From an uncultured Bdellovibrionales bacterium (lineage in GTDB: Bacteria; Patescibacteriota; Minisyncoccia; Moranbacterales; UBA1568): a stretch of 53,419 nt of DNA. The position numbers and the translations under genes are program-made. The notes beneath the pieces were generated by a model. That model saw only the letters and a program-made list of their open reading frames with translations. It was not told the origin of the DNA and did no database searches. Positions 20,793-30,252 of the stretch are shown here, piece after piece. The DNA is taken from NCBI GenBank assembly GCA_964543815.1, contig CAZIZG010000001.1:182265-235683 (forward strand), written 5' to 3'. Within the stretch, counting starts at the first letter, position 1. Each line of letters starts with the position of its first letter.

Positions 20793-22466
20793 CTATTCTT
20801 CATCAATCAGTATCTTCCCTTCAGTAACTCGCTCAACTTCCGAGAGAGTCGTTATCCCCTTCAAGACTTTCAATATACCATCCTGTTTCATTGTAAGCAT
20901 TTTCTGATCATTTGCTGCCTGCTTGACCGCACTTTCGTTGCCCTCCTTGTCCGAAATAACCGTACGCATCACCTCGTCAACGGCCACTGTTTCGTACAGC
21001 GCAATCCGTCCCTTATAGCCTGTTAAGCCACACTTTTCACAACCCTTTCCCTGAAAGGCTACAATTTTTTGCCCTTTCTTGAGACCGTACGAAACAACCT
21101 CGGATTCCACGATATCAGCAAAATATTCTGCCACTATTTTATACTGCGTTTCTGTCAGTGGCATTTCAATTTTACAATGTTCACAAATACGCCGTACCAG
21201 ACGCTGAGCCGCCACCGCCTGAAGGGAGGAGGCCAGCAAAAACGGTTCAATCCCCATGTCAACGAGACGTGTGATGGCTCCTACAGCATCATTGGTATGA
21301 AGAGTTGAAAGAACGAGGTGGCCCGTAAGCGCAGCATGGATAGCAAGTTCGGCGGTTTCGCCATCTCGAATTTCACCTACCATGATGACATTAGGATCCT
21401 GACGAAGAATCGAACGGAGTCCCGCCGCAAACGTATAACCGATTTCTGGTCGCACCTGACTCTGATTGATGCCCTCCATAAAATACTCTATCGGATCCTC
21501 GAGTGTAATAATGTTCCGATCCTCCTTATTTAATATCTGCAAAAAGGCATAGAGCGAAGTAGACTTTCCTGATCCAGTCGGTCCAGTTATAAGAATAATC
21601 CCAAACGGCTCTCGAATTTTGGTCTCAAGTACCTTACGGTTTCTCCCCCACAGACCAAGATTGTCGAGATTACCCACGCCAGCATTTTTTTCCAAAACAC
21701 GCATCACTATTTTCTCTCCTTCCATTACCGGAAGACTTGAAACACGAAGATCCACAATCTCATCCTTACTTTCGAAACGAAAACGACCATCCTGAGGCTT
21801 GCGATTTTCATCAATTTTCAAATTGGCGAGGATTTTGATGCGTGATATAACCGCTCGGCCAACCTCCTTTGGAAAAACCAAATCCGCCCGGAGAAGCCCA
21901 TCTACCCGATAACGTACTCGATAAGCGCCCTCTATCGGCTCAACATGGATATCACTGGCCCGACTGTCAAGCGCGTGTTTGACGACCACTTCTACCAATT
22001 TCGCAATAGGCGCATCTTGAAAAATATCCTGATCGGCAGCAGACTTGGTGACAAGCTCCTTTCTGGCAGCGATATCAATCTCCTCCTCCTTAAGAGACTG
22101 AATTGCTTCTTTCAAGACTTTTTCGGTACCAGTATAATTCTTGGCTATCTCATTAAAAAGCTTTTCAGAAATCAAGTAGACCTCGATACCGAGACGCTCC
22201 TTCTCCGCCAAAAACCGCAACACATTGAGGGCTTCAAAGTCCTGCGGATTTACCATAGCCACGGACAAGGTTGTTCCCTTTCTTTCGAAGGGTATCATGC
22301 TATATTTTCGAGCGGAGTCTTCTGGGATGAGTGTCAGAACATCTCGATGGATATTCTGAGGGACGCTCTCAACAAAGGGCACTCCCAAAGCTTCAGCTTG
22401 AGCCTTTATTGTTGCCAATTCTTCAGTAGCTATTTCTGTTGCCGTAACAGGTTTTTTACTTGCCAT
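20793..22466 (-). CDS. pilB: Type IV pilus assembly ATPase (GspE/PilB family)
   Basis: GIILITGPTGSGKSTS, IMVGEIRD, TGHLVLSTLHTN and a CxxC...CxxC Zn motif. The track start at 22487 is a TTG, so the ATG at 22466 is preferred. Confidence 0.9.
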   Translation of the reverse strand: MASKKPVTATEIATEELATIKAQAEALGVPFVESVPQNIHRDVLTLIPEDSARKYSMIPFERKGTTLSVAMVNPQDFEALNVLRFLAEKERLGIEVYLISEKLFNEIAKNYTGTEKVLKEAIQSLKEEEIDIAARKELVTKSAADQDIFQDAPIAKLVEVVVKHALDSRASDIHVEPIEGAYRVRYRVDGLLRADLVFPKEVGRAVISRIKILANLKIDENRKPQDGRFRFESKDEIVDLRVSSLPVMEGEKIVMRVLEKNAGVGNLDNLGLWGRNRKVLETKIREPFGIILITGPTGSGKSTSLYAFLQILNKEDRNIITLEDPIEYFMEGINQSQVRPEIGYTFAAGLRSILRQDPNVIMVGEIRDGETAELAIHAALTGHLVLSTLHTNDAVGAITRLVDMGIEPFLLASSLQAVAAQRLVRRICEHCKIEMPLTETQYKIVAEYFADIVESEVVSYGLKKGQKIVAFQGKGCEKCGLTGYKGRIALYETVAVDEVMRTVISDKEGNESAVKQAANDQKMLTMKQDGILKVLKGITTLSEVERVTEGKILIDEE

Positions 22467-22504
22467 CGTAGTGTATACATCAAACAAAGAACCCTAAAAG
22501 AAGT

Positions 22505-23278
22505 CTATTGAAAAGGATTGGCTCGACCAGGATTGAGATCCTTGAGGGGCGACACTGGATACTGTATCCAGGCAAGGAGACTCGTCAGCTGGGCGGTATC
22601 AAAAACTCCTTTGGAAAAAATCGGCGCATTCAGCGCTGTATCGAGAGTCATCGGTGGGAAATAGTCAAACTGAGACTCAAATGTCCCCTTAAGCACCCCT
22701 GCTGCGGCATCCGCCGAATCTTCCTCAGGAACAGAGATAGAGAAATTTGAAATTTTATGAAATCGATTCATATGAGCTAATCGATTAAAAAAATCCTTTA
22801 TGCCTTCATAGCTTCCTTTCACTTCAACTTCAGCGGCATAGGCCTTTACTTTGGGCTTCAACGCTGCAGCCACCGTCTCTCCAGCTACCACATTCGGATC
22901 AGCGCCTGCGGCAGGATCCGCCACTGAAGCTACCGATTTAGTGTCTGGCTTGATAACCACATTCTTCATGCCCATAATACTCACAAACACTCCGGACTGT
23001 GATGCTAGATAATTAAAAATATCAATAACACGCTCCTGATCGTGATCATTTGGAATAAATGAGTTTACCAAATTGACCGATTCTGTTTGCGAGGCAAGAG
23101 ATGATTCGAGATTTGAAATATTCGAAAGCAACGTAGTCATATTCTGAGACTGCCCGGTTTTGGTATCAAGCAAGACTTTTTTCTCCTGCAACACATCGGT
23201 ATCTGGTTTCACGTAACCAATAACAACGATGAGTGCCATGATAATAGAGAATGGAACAATGAGAATTTTCAAACTCAT
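22505..23278 (-). CDS. PilO-like pilus assembly protein (tentative)
   Basis: N-terminal TM, then a predicted coiled segment. Sits between the pilN-like gene and pilB. The call rests on position and architecture only. Confidence 0.45.
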   Translation of the reverse strand: MSLKILIVPFSIIMALIVVIGYVKPDTDVLQEKKVLLDTKTGQSQNMTTLLSNISNLESSLASQTESVNLVNSFIPNDHDQERVIDIFNYLASQSGVFVSIMGMKNVVIKPDTKSVASVADPAAGADPNVVAGETVAAALKPKVKAYAAEVEVKGSYEGIKDFFNRLAHMNRFHKISNFSISVPEEDSADAAAGVLKGTFESQFDYFPPMTLDTALNAPIFSKGVFDTAQLTSLLAWIQYPVSPLKDLNPGRANPFQ

Positions 23279-23297
23279 ATGATAAAGGATTCAGTAG

Positions 23298-23825
23298 TTA
23301 AAAATTCGCTTTGAAAACAAAGGTGATTCTATCCTTATCATCACGCTCAATCCGATCAACCACGACCTGTGAAAATATTTTCTCCGCCTTTAAGCTCAGG
23401 ATTTGCTCTGCCATTTTCCGAAAGTCCTCGCTTCTCCCGGCGATAATACTCGTGCGAGCTTGGTTATCATAAGTAAAGCTTGTCAAAACAATGCCGGGCA
23501 CCATAACACTTTCCAGTCGACGAAGGATATCTCTCGGATCAGTCAAACCATCCCTGTGTTCGGCATAATACGTTACTCGGGCGTCAAAATCGGCTACCCG
23601 ATTAACACCCTCGCCCTTTAGACGCTCTGCATTGGCACTTAATGTTTCATCCAGAGTAGCAATCTTTTTGTCGAGCGATCCAAGATAAAGACGCATACCA
23701 CCCCATACCGACCCCGAAAGAGCCAAGAGTACCAAACTCACAATAATACCAGTATCAAAGAATCCTCGAGATCGCTTTACCTCCTCTTCTTCTGCTACTG
23801 GTTGAGAAAGATTTACACCTGGCAT
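23298..23825 (-). CDS. pilN: PilN-like pilus assembly protein (tentative)
   Basis: Short cytoplasmic N-terminus, one TM (IIVSLVLLALSGSVWGG) and a coiled-coil region, directly downstream of pilM. Confidence 0.5.
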   Translation of the reverse strand: MPGVNLSQPVAEEEEVKRSRGFFDTGIIVSLVLLALSGSVWGGMRLYLGSLDKKIATLDETLSANAERLKGEGVNRVADFDARVTYYAEHRDGLTDPRDILRRLESVMVPGIVLTSFTYDNQARTSIIAGRSEDFRKMAEQILSLKAEKIFSQVVVDRIERDDKDRITFVFKANF

Positions 23826-23843
23826 ACTAAAAACATGAGAGAT

Positions 23844-24965
23844 TTATATTTTTTTGGTAAGAAGATCCTTCAAAGAAAACGGCTTCTTTTGAACAAACTC
23901 CTTTTTATGAGTCATTTCGTCAACACCCACCAGCGCCAGACCAATGGCTACCGAAAAAGATGTTCCCAGACGCTGTATCTCTGCGCTTACTGATGGGTCA
24001 TAGGTAATTCGCTTCCATGGATCGCCGATGCTCACCGGTATACCAAACACTCGGGTATAATACGTCGTTAATCCGGTCAATTGTGCCGTGCCACCTGAAA
24101 GAATAATTCCCTGACAGCTTTTATCCGGATATCTTTCTTGATAGGTCGAAAGCATTCGCTTCGCTTCACTGGCTATCATCTCAAGTGCCGGCAGCACCAT
24201 AGAAGACCCTGCCTCATTCAAAAAATCCTTGCCACTTTTCTTCATGGCTTCGGCCCGTTCTGGTGCCACACCGAGCGCATCCGTGAGTGTCCGAGTAATG
24301 TCCTTGCCACCCGCATCAAGATTTCGACTCACCTTTACCAGTCCCTCGTCCACCAGCACCAAATTCGTGGCACGAGAACCGATATCTATGACGAGAAACA
24401 CCCCTGGTTCATGACCAACAATTGACCGAATAAGTGAGAATGTCTCAAGCTCAAGAAAATTCATTTTTTTCTGCGCATCTCGGATATATTTCTGGTAACG
24501 TGCCACTTCTTTATTGAGTGCTGCCACTAACAGAATCTCCATCTGTTGAGCACCTCCCTCTTCTGCGGCAGGATGCATCCCAACAACCTCCCAACTAAGC
24601 GCTACGTCTTCGAGTGACGACGGGATATATTTATGAGCTTCAAATTGTATTGCTTCCTTCAATTCATCCTCACTCATCTCAGGGAGCTCAATGAGCGAAA
24701 CCAGTCCGGTAAAAGCCGGCATGGCTGCGTAGATTCCGTCGCTCTTGGGCTGTAACCGCTCAAGCAACGCTCGCAAATACAACGCCACCTCATCATCAAA
24801 AGAGTTCTCACCAGTCATGATACCCTTTTCGAGACGACTCAAATCCACCTCACCAAAGTTCACTAGCTTCGGCTTGCCCTCCTCGACAGTCAATTCGACT
24901 GCCTTAATAAGGGAGGTACCAAAATCAATACCAAGAAAATATGGTTTCTTTCTTCCAAAAAACAT
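23844..24965 (-). CDS. pilM: Type IV pilus assembly protein PilM (actin-like ATPase)
   Basis: LGIDFGTSLIKAVEL, DIGSRATNLVLV and ILSGGTAQLTGL are actin-fold phosphate and adenosine motifs. Confidence 0.85.
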   Translation of the reverse strand: MFFGRKKPYFLGIDFGTSLIKAVELTVEEGKPKLVNFGEVDLSRLEKGIMTGENSFDDEVALYLRALLERLQPKSDGIYAAMPAFTGLVSLIELPEMSEDELKEAIQFEAHKYIPSSLEDVALSWEVVGMHPAAEEGGAQQMEILLVAALNKEVARYQKYIRDAQKKMNFLELETFSLIRSIVGHEPGVFLVIDIGSRATNLVLVDEGLVKVSRNLDAGGKDITRTLTDALGVAPERAEAMKKSGKDFLNEAGSSMVLPALEMIASEAKRMLSTYQERYPDKSCQGIILSGGTAQLTGLTTYYTRVFGIPVSIGDPWKRITYDPSVSAEIQRLGTSFSVAIGLALVGVDEMTHKKEFVQKKPFSLKDLLTKKI

Positions 24966-25059
24966 CGCTTTTGTTTCTCGTTTTTTTGTTTACATCTGCT
25001 CTTGAAAGTATATCACAGGTTTTCTCTTTTCAAAAGCAAAATTGGATGCCCCTCACCGT

Positions 25060-25089
25060 TTGACAGTAGGCCATACCAACCCATAGAAT
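25060..25089 (+). promoter_or_regulatory. Sigma70-like promoter for the clpC-like gene
   Basis: TTGACA (25060-25065), an 18-nt spacer, then TAGAAT (25084-25089), about 30 nt upstream of the ATG. Confidence 0.45.
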
Positions 25090-25120
25090 AAATACGTTCA
25101 ACCCTACCCGCCATTCCCCT

Positions 25121-27607
25121 ATGCTCGAAACGACTTTCAGTCAAAAATTGACCCTACATGCTCGGCACAGCCTCAAAGAAGCCCGTGAAATTGCTCACTA
25201 CACCCGTCACACTACTATTGAGCCAGAGCATCTCCTCCTCTCTATTTTTCTTGAAAATGGCAGCTTGGGCAGTATTTTGCTTGAAAATATTGGCTTTGAA
25301 AAGGAAAGTCTGGCAAAATTATGCCTCAAGAAAAAAACCGGGTCCAAAGCCCTACCCAAAACTCACCCCTTACCGCTCTCAGCCATACTCAAACACAGCC
25401 TGCGTCGAGCCTATGCCCTCGCGAGTGAGTTTCACTACCCCTACGTGGGTACCGAACATTTGGTCTATGCCCTTCTTGAAGAACGGAGCTCAACCATAGA
25501 CTCAATCCTGGCCACTCTCAAAATTAAAGAGAAGAAAATTCAATCCACCATCGAAGCCCATCTCAATTTTGACCATTTCCCTCAGCTCTCAAAGATGTTT
25601 GACCTTCCAGAAGCAGCCAATACTGAAACCAGCAAGAAAAGCAGCAAAGCCACCCCTTCGCTTGACCAGTTCACTCTCGATATGGGCAAAGATGCGGGCA
25701 GTAGTCAGCATTTACTCGTAGGGCGCAAAAAAGAGCTTGACCGTCTCGTTCAAATTCTCTCTCGAAAAAATAAGAATAACCCCCTCCTCATCGGCGAGCC
25801 CGGTGTTGGCAAGACTGCCCTGGTCGCAGCCTTGGCCAAAAAAATTACCCGCGGTGACGTGCCTCACTCTCTTTTTAGCAAGCGCGTGCTCATGCTCGAC
25901 CTCACGCTCGTCGTCGCCGGTACTAATTTCCGAGGAGAATTTGAATCACGCCTTAAGGACATCATCAAAGAGGCTTCTCAAAACAAAGACGTCATCCTCT
26001 TTATTGACGAAATCCACACCATCGTCGGAGCCGGCAATACCTCGGGCGGTCTCGACGCTGCCAACATCCTCAAGCCCGCTCTCTCACGGGGTGATATTCA
26101 GTGTATTGGTGCGACTACCCTCTCAGAATATAAACGTCATATCGAAAAAGATCCGGCACTCGATCGGCGATTTCAGTCACTCGTCATTACCGAGCCAACA
26201 GCCGAAGAAACTAAACATATTCTCAGTCAAACCAAAACCTCCTACGAAACATTCCACCATGTCGCTCTCTCACAGCCGATTATTGATTTGGCTGTCGACC
26301 TTGCTATTCGTCATATCCCAGATCGCTTCCTCCCTGATAAAGCTTTCGACATCATCGATGAGGCCTCGGCCCTCGCCAAGCACGGTAAGAACAAATCCCC
26401 TTTCGCTACCGCCTTGTTTCAGCTCGAAGAAGAACTCCGGGCCACCGTCGGACTCAAGGAATCACTCATCAAACACGAAAACTACGATGATGCCGCCAAA
26501 TGGCACGCTCGAGAACAAGAAATCACCAAAAAAATTGCCGCGCTCAAGAAAAAACATCACGAGGAGGCCTCGCTTGATATCAAAGTTGTCACCGAAGAAC
26601 ATATCCTCCGGACTCTGGCCCACATGACCAATATTCCTTTCGAGAAATTATCCGAGGAGAATCCCGGGAGCAAGATTACTCGACTTGAACAGGTCTTCGC
26701 CGAACGTCTCATCGGCCAAAACGAAGCCGCGAATGCCCTGACGGAAACCCTGGTCCGTTCTGTTAGTAATATCAGCGACCCGGATCGACCCCTCGGCTCC
26801 TTCCTCTTCCTTGGTCCGACCGGCGTCGGCAAGACATATATCGCCAAGCTCCTCGCGGAGGAGTTCTTCGGAAGCAAACAAGCTCTCGTTCGACTGGACA
26901 TGAGTGAGTTCATGGAGCGCCACAGCGTGGCTCAGATTCTTGGTGCTCCTGCCGGTTATGTCGGCCACGGCGAAGGCGGCAAACTGACTGAAACCATCAG
27001 ACGTAAACCCTACAGTGTTGTCCTTTTCGATGAAATCGAGAAAGCTCACCCGGACGTCTTCAATATTCTCCTCCAGATTCTTGATGAGGGCACCCTCACC
27101 GATGCCGAAGGACGAAGCGTCAGTTTCCGCAATACGCTTATCATTCTCACCTCAAATATCGGCACCGCCGCCTTTACTCAGGGAGCGCGTATTGGATTTG
27201 AGAAACAACTCGATAACAAAAACCGCCTCTCGGCCTTCGAACAAACCAAGCAGAGCGTCCTCGGGGAGCTCAAAAAGGAACTCCGACCTGAGCTCCTGGC
27301 TCGCCTCGATCAAACCATCGTTTTTGAACCACTCTCAGAAAGCGCCATCGAACATATCGTCGCTCTCGAGCTCAGTACCCTTACCAAACGCCTCAAGGCC
27401 AAAGGCGTCACCCTAAGTGTACCCAAAAAAGTCCTGCTCCACATTGCCAAGAAAAGCTTTGCCCCGGAACAAGGCGCTCGTCTCGTCCGAAAAAACATTC
27501 AAGACCTGGTAGAAAAGCCGGTAGCCCGCAAACTCATTACCCAGTCCACTCAGAAGAAAAGAACGCTTCGTCTCTCCATAAAAGGTGACACCATTGTGTG
27601 CGCATAA
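25121..27607 (+). CDS. clpC: ClpC/ClpB-type AAA+ chaperone ATPase
   Basis: Clp_N repeats. Two AAA modules (GEPGVGKTA with ILFIDEIH, and GPTGVGKTY with VVLFDEIEKAH). UVR-like linker (YDDAAKWHAREQEI). Confidence 0.85.
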   Translation: MLETTFSQKLTLHARHSLKEAREIAHYTRHTTIEPEHLLLSIFLENGSLGSILLENIGFEKESLAKLCLKKKTGSKALPKTHPLPLSAILKHSLRRAYALASEFHYPYVGTEHLVYALLEERSSTIDSILATLKIKEKKIQSTIEAHLNFDHFPQLSKMFDLPEAANTETSKKSSKATPSLDQFTLDMGKDAGSSQHLLVGRKKELDRLVQILSRKNKNNPLLIGEPGVGKTALVAALAKKITRGDVPHSLFSKRVLMLDLTLVVAGTNFRGEFESRLKDIIKEASQNKDVILFIDEIHTIVGAGNTSGGLDAANILKPALSRGDIQCIGATTLSEYKRHIEKDPALDRRFQSLVITEPTAEETKHILSQTKTSYETFHHVALSQPIIDLAVDLAIRHIPDRFLPDKAFDIIDEASALAKHGKNKSPFATALFQLEEELRATVGLKESLIKHENYDDAAKWHAREQEITKKIAALKKKHHEEASLDIKVVTEEHILRTLAHMTNIPFEKLSEENPGSKITRLEQVFAERLIGQNEAANALTETLVRSVSNISDPDRPLGSFLFLGPTGVGKTYIAKLLAEEFFGSKQALVRLDMSEFMERHSVAQILGAPAGYVGHGEGGKLTETIRRKPYSVVLFDEIEKAHPDVFNILLQILDEGTLTDAEGRSVSFRNTLIILTSNIGTAAFTQGARIGFEKQLDNKNRLSAFEQTKQSVLGELKKELRPELLARLDQTIVFEPLSESAIEHIVALELSTLTKRLKAKGVTLSVPKKVLLHIAKKSFAPEQGARLVRKNIQDLVEKPVARKLITQSTQKKRTLRLSIKGDTIVCA

Positions 27608-28344
27608 ACAGGGCCTCATGTATTTCATTGGGACGTTTTGTTTGGAAACAAGTTCTCGACACACTGTTTCCTCTTTCTTGTCTCGGCTGCGGCCGTACAA
27701 AATACTGGCTGTGCCCTACCTGTCTCTCACGCTTACCTATTCGGCTCGAGCAGGATTGCCCTACCTGTCGACACCATATTACTCCCCATGGAGCCGTCTG
27801 TTTCTCCTGCCGTGATACCAACCCACAATCCCTCGACGGTCTTTTCGTCGCCTCCTACTATCACGACTCGCTTCTCCCTCATGCTATCCATACCTGGAAG
27901 TACCGCTTTATCCCCGGCCTCGCCGCACCGCTCGGCCAGTTTCTCGCGACCACCCTCCGAGAGAGCGATCTCCCGCTCCCCGATGCTCTCATCCCGGTAC
28001 CACTTCACCCGAGGCGCCTCCGGTTTCGAGGTTTCAATCAAGCCACGCTCCTCGCTACCGAACTCACCAAACGCCTCACCCCCGGTCTTGATTTCCCTGT
28101 CACGGAAGCCCTCATCCGTACCCGGTACACCAAACCGCAGATGAAAACTGATTCGCGCGAAGAGCGACTCAGGAACCTCAGGGAGGCTTTTGTCATCGTT
28201 CCCGGACAAGAAACAAACATCGTCAATAAACACCTATGGCTCGTCGATGACGTCGCCACGACCGGCACCACTCTCGAAGAATGTGCCCAGGTACTTAAAG
28301 CAAACGGCGCTCGCTCCGTCTGGGGCATCGTCCTCGCCCGCTAA
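27598..28344 (+). CDS. comFC: ComF family phosphoribosyltransferase-like protein
   Basis: N-terminal CxxC...CxxC (CLGCG...CPTC, then CPTC...CFSC) and a C-terminal PRT motif LWLVDDVATTGTTL. Overlaps the clpC stop by 10 nt. Confidence 0.85.
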   Translation: MRINRASCISLGRFVWKQVLDTLFPLSCLGCGRTKYWLCPTCLSRLPIRLEQDCPTCRHHITPHGAVCFSCRDTNPQSLDGLFVASYYHDSLLPHAIHTWKYRFIPGLAAPLGQFLATTLRESDLPLPDALIPVPLHPRRLRFRGFNQATLLATELTKRLTPGLDFPVTEALIRTRYTKPQMKTDSREERLRNLREAFVIVPGQETNIVNKHLWLVDDVATTGTTLEECAQVLKANGARSVWGIVLAR

Positions 28345-28347
28345 TCA

Positions 28348-28379
28348 AAAGAGTTACGTAATTTGTTACGTAACTCTTT
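28348..28379. terminator. Perfect 14-bp inverted repeat between convergent comF and the DUF1761 gene
   Basis: AAAGAGTTACGTAA-TTTG-TTACGTAACTCTTT. It shares the doubled TTACGTAA core with the hairpin at 1711-1742. Confidence 0.6.
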
Positions 28380-28399
28380 GAAAGATACCCGAAACGAAT

Positions 28400-28816
28400 C
28401 TAGAGGTAAGAGAGCGTAGCGGCAGCCGTCATAAGACAAACGAGTGATCCACCAGCCATGATAGCGAATTTCTTACCCATCCATTCCTTTGGCGTGCCCC
28501 CAAACATGACCGCAATCGCCTGAGTCGGTACTACGAAGCCAAGCCACAGAAATCCCGCTACCCCAAACACGTTCCAATCTCCGGGCAATCCCTCGAGAAA
28601 CAACGCGAGGACGATAGTAGTGATGAGTGTCCCCACAAACTGGAGCACCAAATACGGCCCCATTCCCTTTTGGGCCTTATCCTGCTCTTCCTGTGAGAGT
28701 TTGTCATACCCGTGCATCGCTCCCCAGGTCTTTCCAAAAATCGGCATGTACCACACCGCCCCGATGATAAACTGAAGCACCGTTGCCACCACGATAGCAA
28801 TATAATTGAGTTCCAT
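28400..28816 (-). CDS. DUF1761-like small membrane protein
   Basis: MELNYIAIVVATVLQFIIGAVWYMPIFGKTWG, four TM segments. Family name is from memory. Confidence 0.6.
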   Translation of the reverse strand: MELNYIAIVVATVLQFIIGAVWYMPIFGKTWGAMHGYDKLSQEEQDKAQKGMGPYLVLQFVGTLITTIVLALFLEGLPGDWNVFGVAGFLWLGFVVPTQAIAVMFGGTPKEWMGKKFAIMAGGSLVCLMTAAATLSYL

Positions 28817-28839
28817 AACTTTTTACTGCTTAAGGATGA

Positions 28840-29145
28840 TTACTTTTCAACACTTCCAACAACTCTTTTTCCGAACCACTTGGCGGCATTCGGTCGCCGA
28901 TGTGGACAACCCGGCCAACAACATGGTCGTCGCTTCCCTCCGCGTAAATCCTGTCCTAATCGTTTGATGTGTTCCGCTCGAGTCTCTGGTTTTTTGACGA
29001 TAGTAATGAAGCATATCCACTCGTTCCGGGCCAAGGGCGTCAGGCCATTCCAGAGCTCAAGCAGCTTTGGCGCACCCGAAAGCACTTCCTTCAAATCCCG
29101 AGGAACCGTATGGACAACACCGGAACTGATTGAAACCTTGGTCAT
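28840..29145 (-). CDS. YdeI/OmdA-like domain protein
   Basis: VPRDLKEVL...LWNGLTPLARNEWICFI...KKPETRAEHIKR resembles the YdeI/OmpD-associated family. Confidence 0.55.
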   Translation of the reverse strand: MTKVSISSGVVHTVPRDLKEVLSGAPKLLELWNGLTPLARNEWICFITIVKKPETRAEHIKRLGQDLRGGKRRPCCWPGCPHRRPNAAKWFGKRVVGSVEK

Positions 29146-29417
29146 GCGACTATTGTAGCAAATTTTGGAGGAATTCGATAAGCGGTTTCAAATAAAAAAA
29201 GTGCCGCCAGGACGCTGATTTTGCTTCTGCAGAGAGGGGGACCTGCCTACCGACAGAAAGGATTCAAATCTGACTCGACTATTCCAAAAGTTTAAGATAC
29301 CTGTTGCAATATCCCAATTGATTCGCTTATTCGATACTTTCATTATCAATCGCTGAGACTTCGTTTTTCCTCAAGAAGGTTATCAATACCATTACTTTTT
29401 CTTACTTTCATCAGTTC

Positions 29418-29822
29418 TTAGACCCCAGATTTATTTTTATCAGGCGTTTCCGCTTTCTTACTAAGCATAGTATCCATCATTTGAGTTCTTTGCTGATTTT
29501 CTGCAAACATACCATGCCTTACTGGAGCAGAACCCCCGTTTCTTGCTTCTTCTGCTTCTCGGAAAGCTCTTGTGACTTCGTCGGCACGCGCCTGTCTCTC
29601 TCGTTCCTCCTTTCGTTCTATATAGCGGTCGCGCGAAGCGTCGTCTTTCAACGCTTCTTCATGTGCCATATCAATCGCTGACATTTCCACTCCACCCCAC
29701 CTCTTTATTCGACTATTATGGCTCTCTGCTCGATTTTCAAATACTTGTGACCATTCAGCACGCTCCTTTTCAAGCCTTGCCTGTTTCTCTGGTGTCGGGG
29801 CTGCTGGTTGTTCCATGCTCAT
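29418..29822 (-). CDS. Hypothetical highly charged protein
   Basis: 134-aa ORF, E/R/K-rich. No motif recognised. It is the only long ORF in this interval. Confidence 0.4.
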   Translation of the reverse strand: MSMEQPAAPTPEKQARLEKERAEWSQVFENRAESHNSRIKRWGGVEMSAIDMAHEEALKDDASRDRYIERKEERERQARADEVTRAFREAEEARNGGSAPVRHGMFAENQQRTQMMDTMLSKKAETPDKNKSGV

Positions 29823-29888
29823 ATGAATACTTGCTTATTAATTTTACTTCTCTACTTGGTTCACTTCACACTAAATACTCAATACGAG

Positions 29889-30100
29889 GAGGGAGAGAGC
29901 TCAGTCAGGGATAATCGTCTCGCCGTCGCTCAACAATTTCCACGACCCTGCCTCGATTATGAGTGCATTTTAACAGAGGAGAGATTCGGTCACAACTCGT
30001 CTGTATCCGGCCTCTTCGGCCGTACATCCGGTCGCGACCCCGCCTCCTTTCCCGTCTGCTGACGATAAAGTCCGGCCTTCTCATCTCTCCCTCTCTTCCA
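29889..30100 (+). ncRNA. Candidate structured RNA of unknown class
   Basis: 10-bp closing stem (GAGGGAGAGA at ~29892-29901 with TCTCTCCCTC at ~30086-30095), internal GGCC-TCTTC-GGCC hairpin, four TCCGG(C/T)C repeats and no credible ORF. The hairpin plus T-run at 30105-30143 follows on the plus strand. Confidence 0.3.
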
Positions 30101-30104
30101 AACC

Positions 30105-30143
30105 AAAAAAATACAGCACCCCACCGGGGTACTGTATTTTTAT
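30105..30143. terminator. Bidirectional-looking intrinsic terminator
   Basis: AAAAAAA-ATACAGCACCCC-ACC-GGGGTACTGTAT-TTTTT. A 12-bp stem with one mismatch. Confidence 0.55.
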
Positions 30144-30146
30144 TGG

Positions 30147-30252
30147 TGCGGGCCACTCGGGTTAAGTACCCACCGATGGGGCCGTTGAGGGGTATTTTAG
30201 CATCCTTTGGAAGGGTTTGCTGAGGCACCCGAGTCTAGGGCCTCTTTTTACC
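30147..30252 (+). ncRNA. Second candidate structured RNA element
   Basis: GGCC+ACTCGGGT pairs with ACCCGAGT(+CTAG)GGCC. Two inner helices each need one G-U pair on the plus strand only. The element ends in GGGCCTCTTTTT. No ORF. Confidence 0.25.

Noticed and set aside
29255-29275. tRNA-like GGATTCAAATC in the 29.16-29.42 kb gap, and an imperfect inverted repeat (TTCGATAAGCG at ~29176 versus CGCTTATTCGA at ~29323)
   Set aside because: No complementary T-stem or acceptor stem flanks the TTCAAAT. The inverted repeat needs an indel and is only about 10 nt. That is not enough for a tRNA or a MITE call.
30060-30085. RNase P RNA: the plus strand has GATAAAGTCCGGCC (like the P4 GGAAAGUCCGGGC) and the minus strand has AAGGCCGGACTTTATCGTCAGC (like ACAGAACCCGGCUUAUCGGUCAG)
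   Set aside because: The motif position does not fit either orientation of a 350-400 nt RNase P. The other conserved regions (GGUAAGGGUGAAAGGGUG-like, GUAAACCCCACC-like) were not found. tmRNA and SRP RNA were rejected for the same reason, as no T-loop/ACCA end and no GGAAGCAGCC-like motif is present. The class is left unknown.
30083-30095. 13-nt identity (ATCTCTCCCTCTC) with the 3' end of the tRNA-Ser at 53370-53382, considered as a possible att duplication
   Set aside because: It is in inverted rather than direct orientation relative to the tRNA gene. It is a simple polypyrimidine tract and is short. No extended flanking match exists.
29905-30228. 107-aa minus-strand ORF (Arg-rich, RRERRRGRDRMYGRRGR) and the overlapping 86-aa plus-strand ORF at 29963-30223
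   Set aside because: Both are low-complexity and overlap each other on opposite strands. They lie exactly over the self-complementary GC-rich region, and neither has an SD or recognisable motif. They are better explained as by-products of a structured non-coding sequence.
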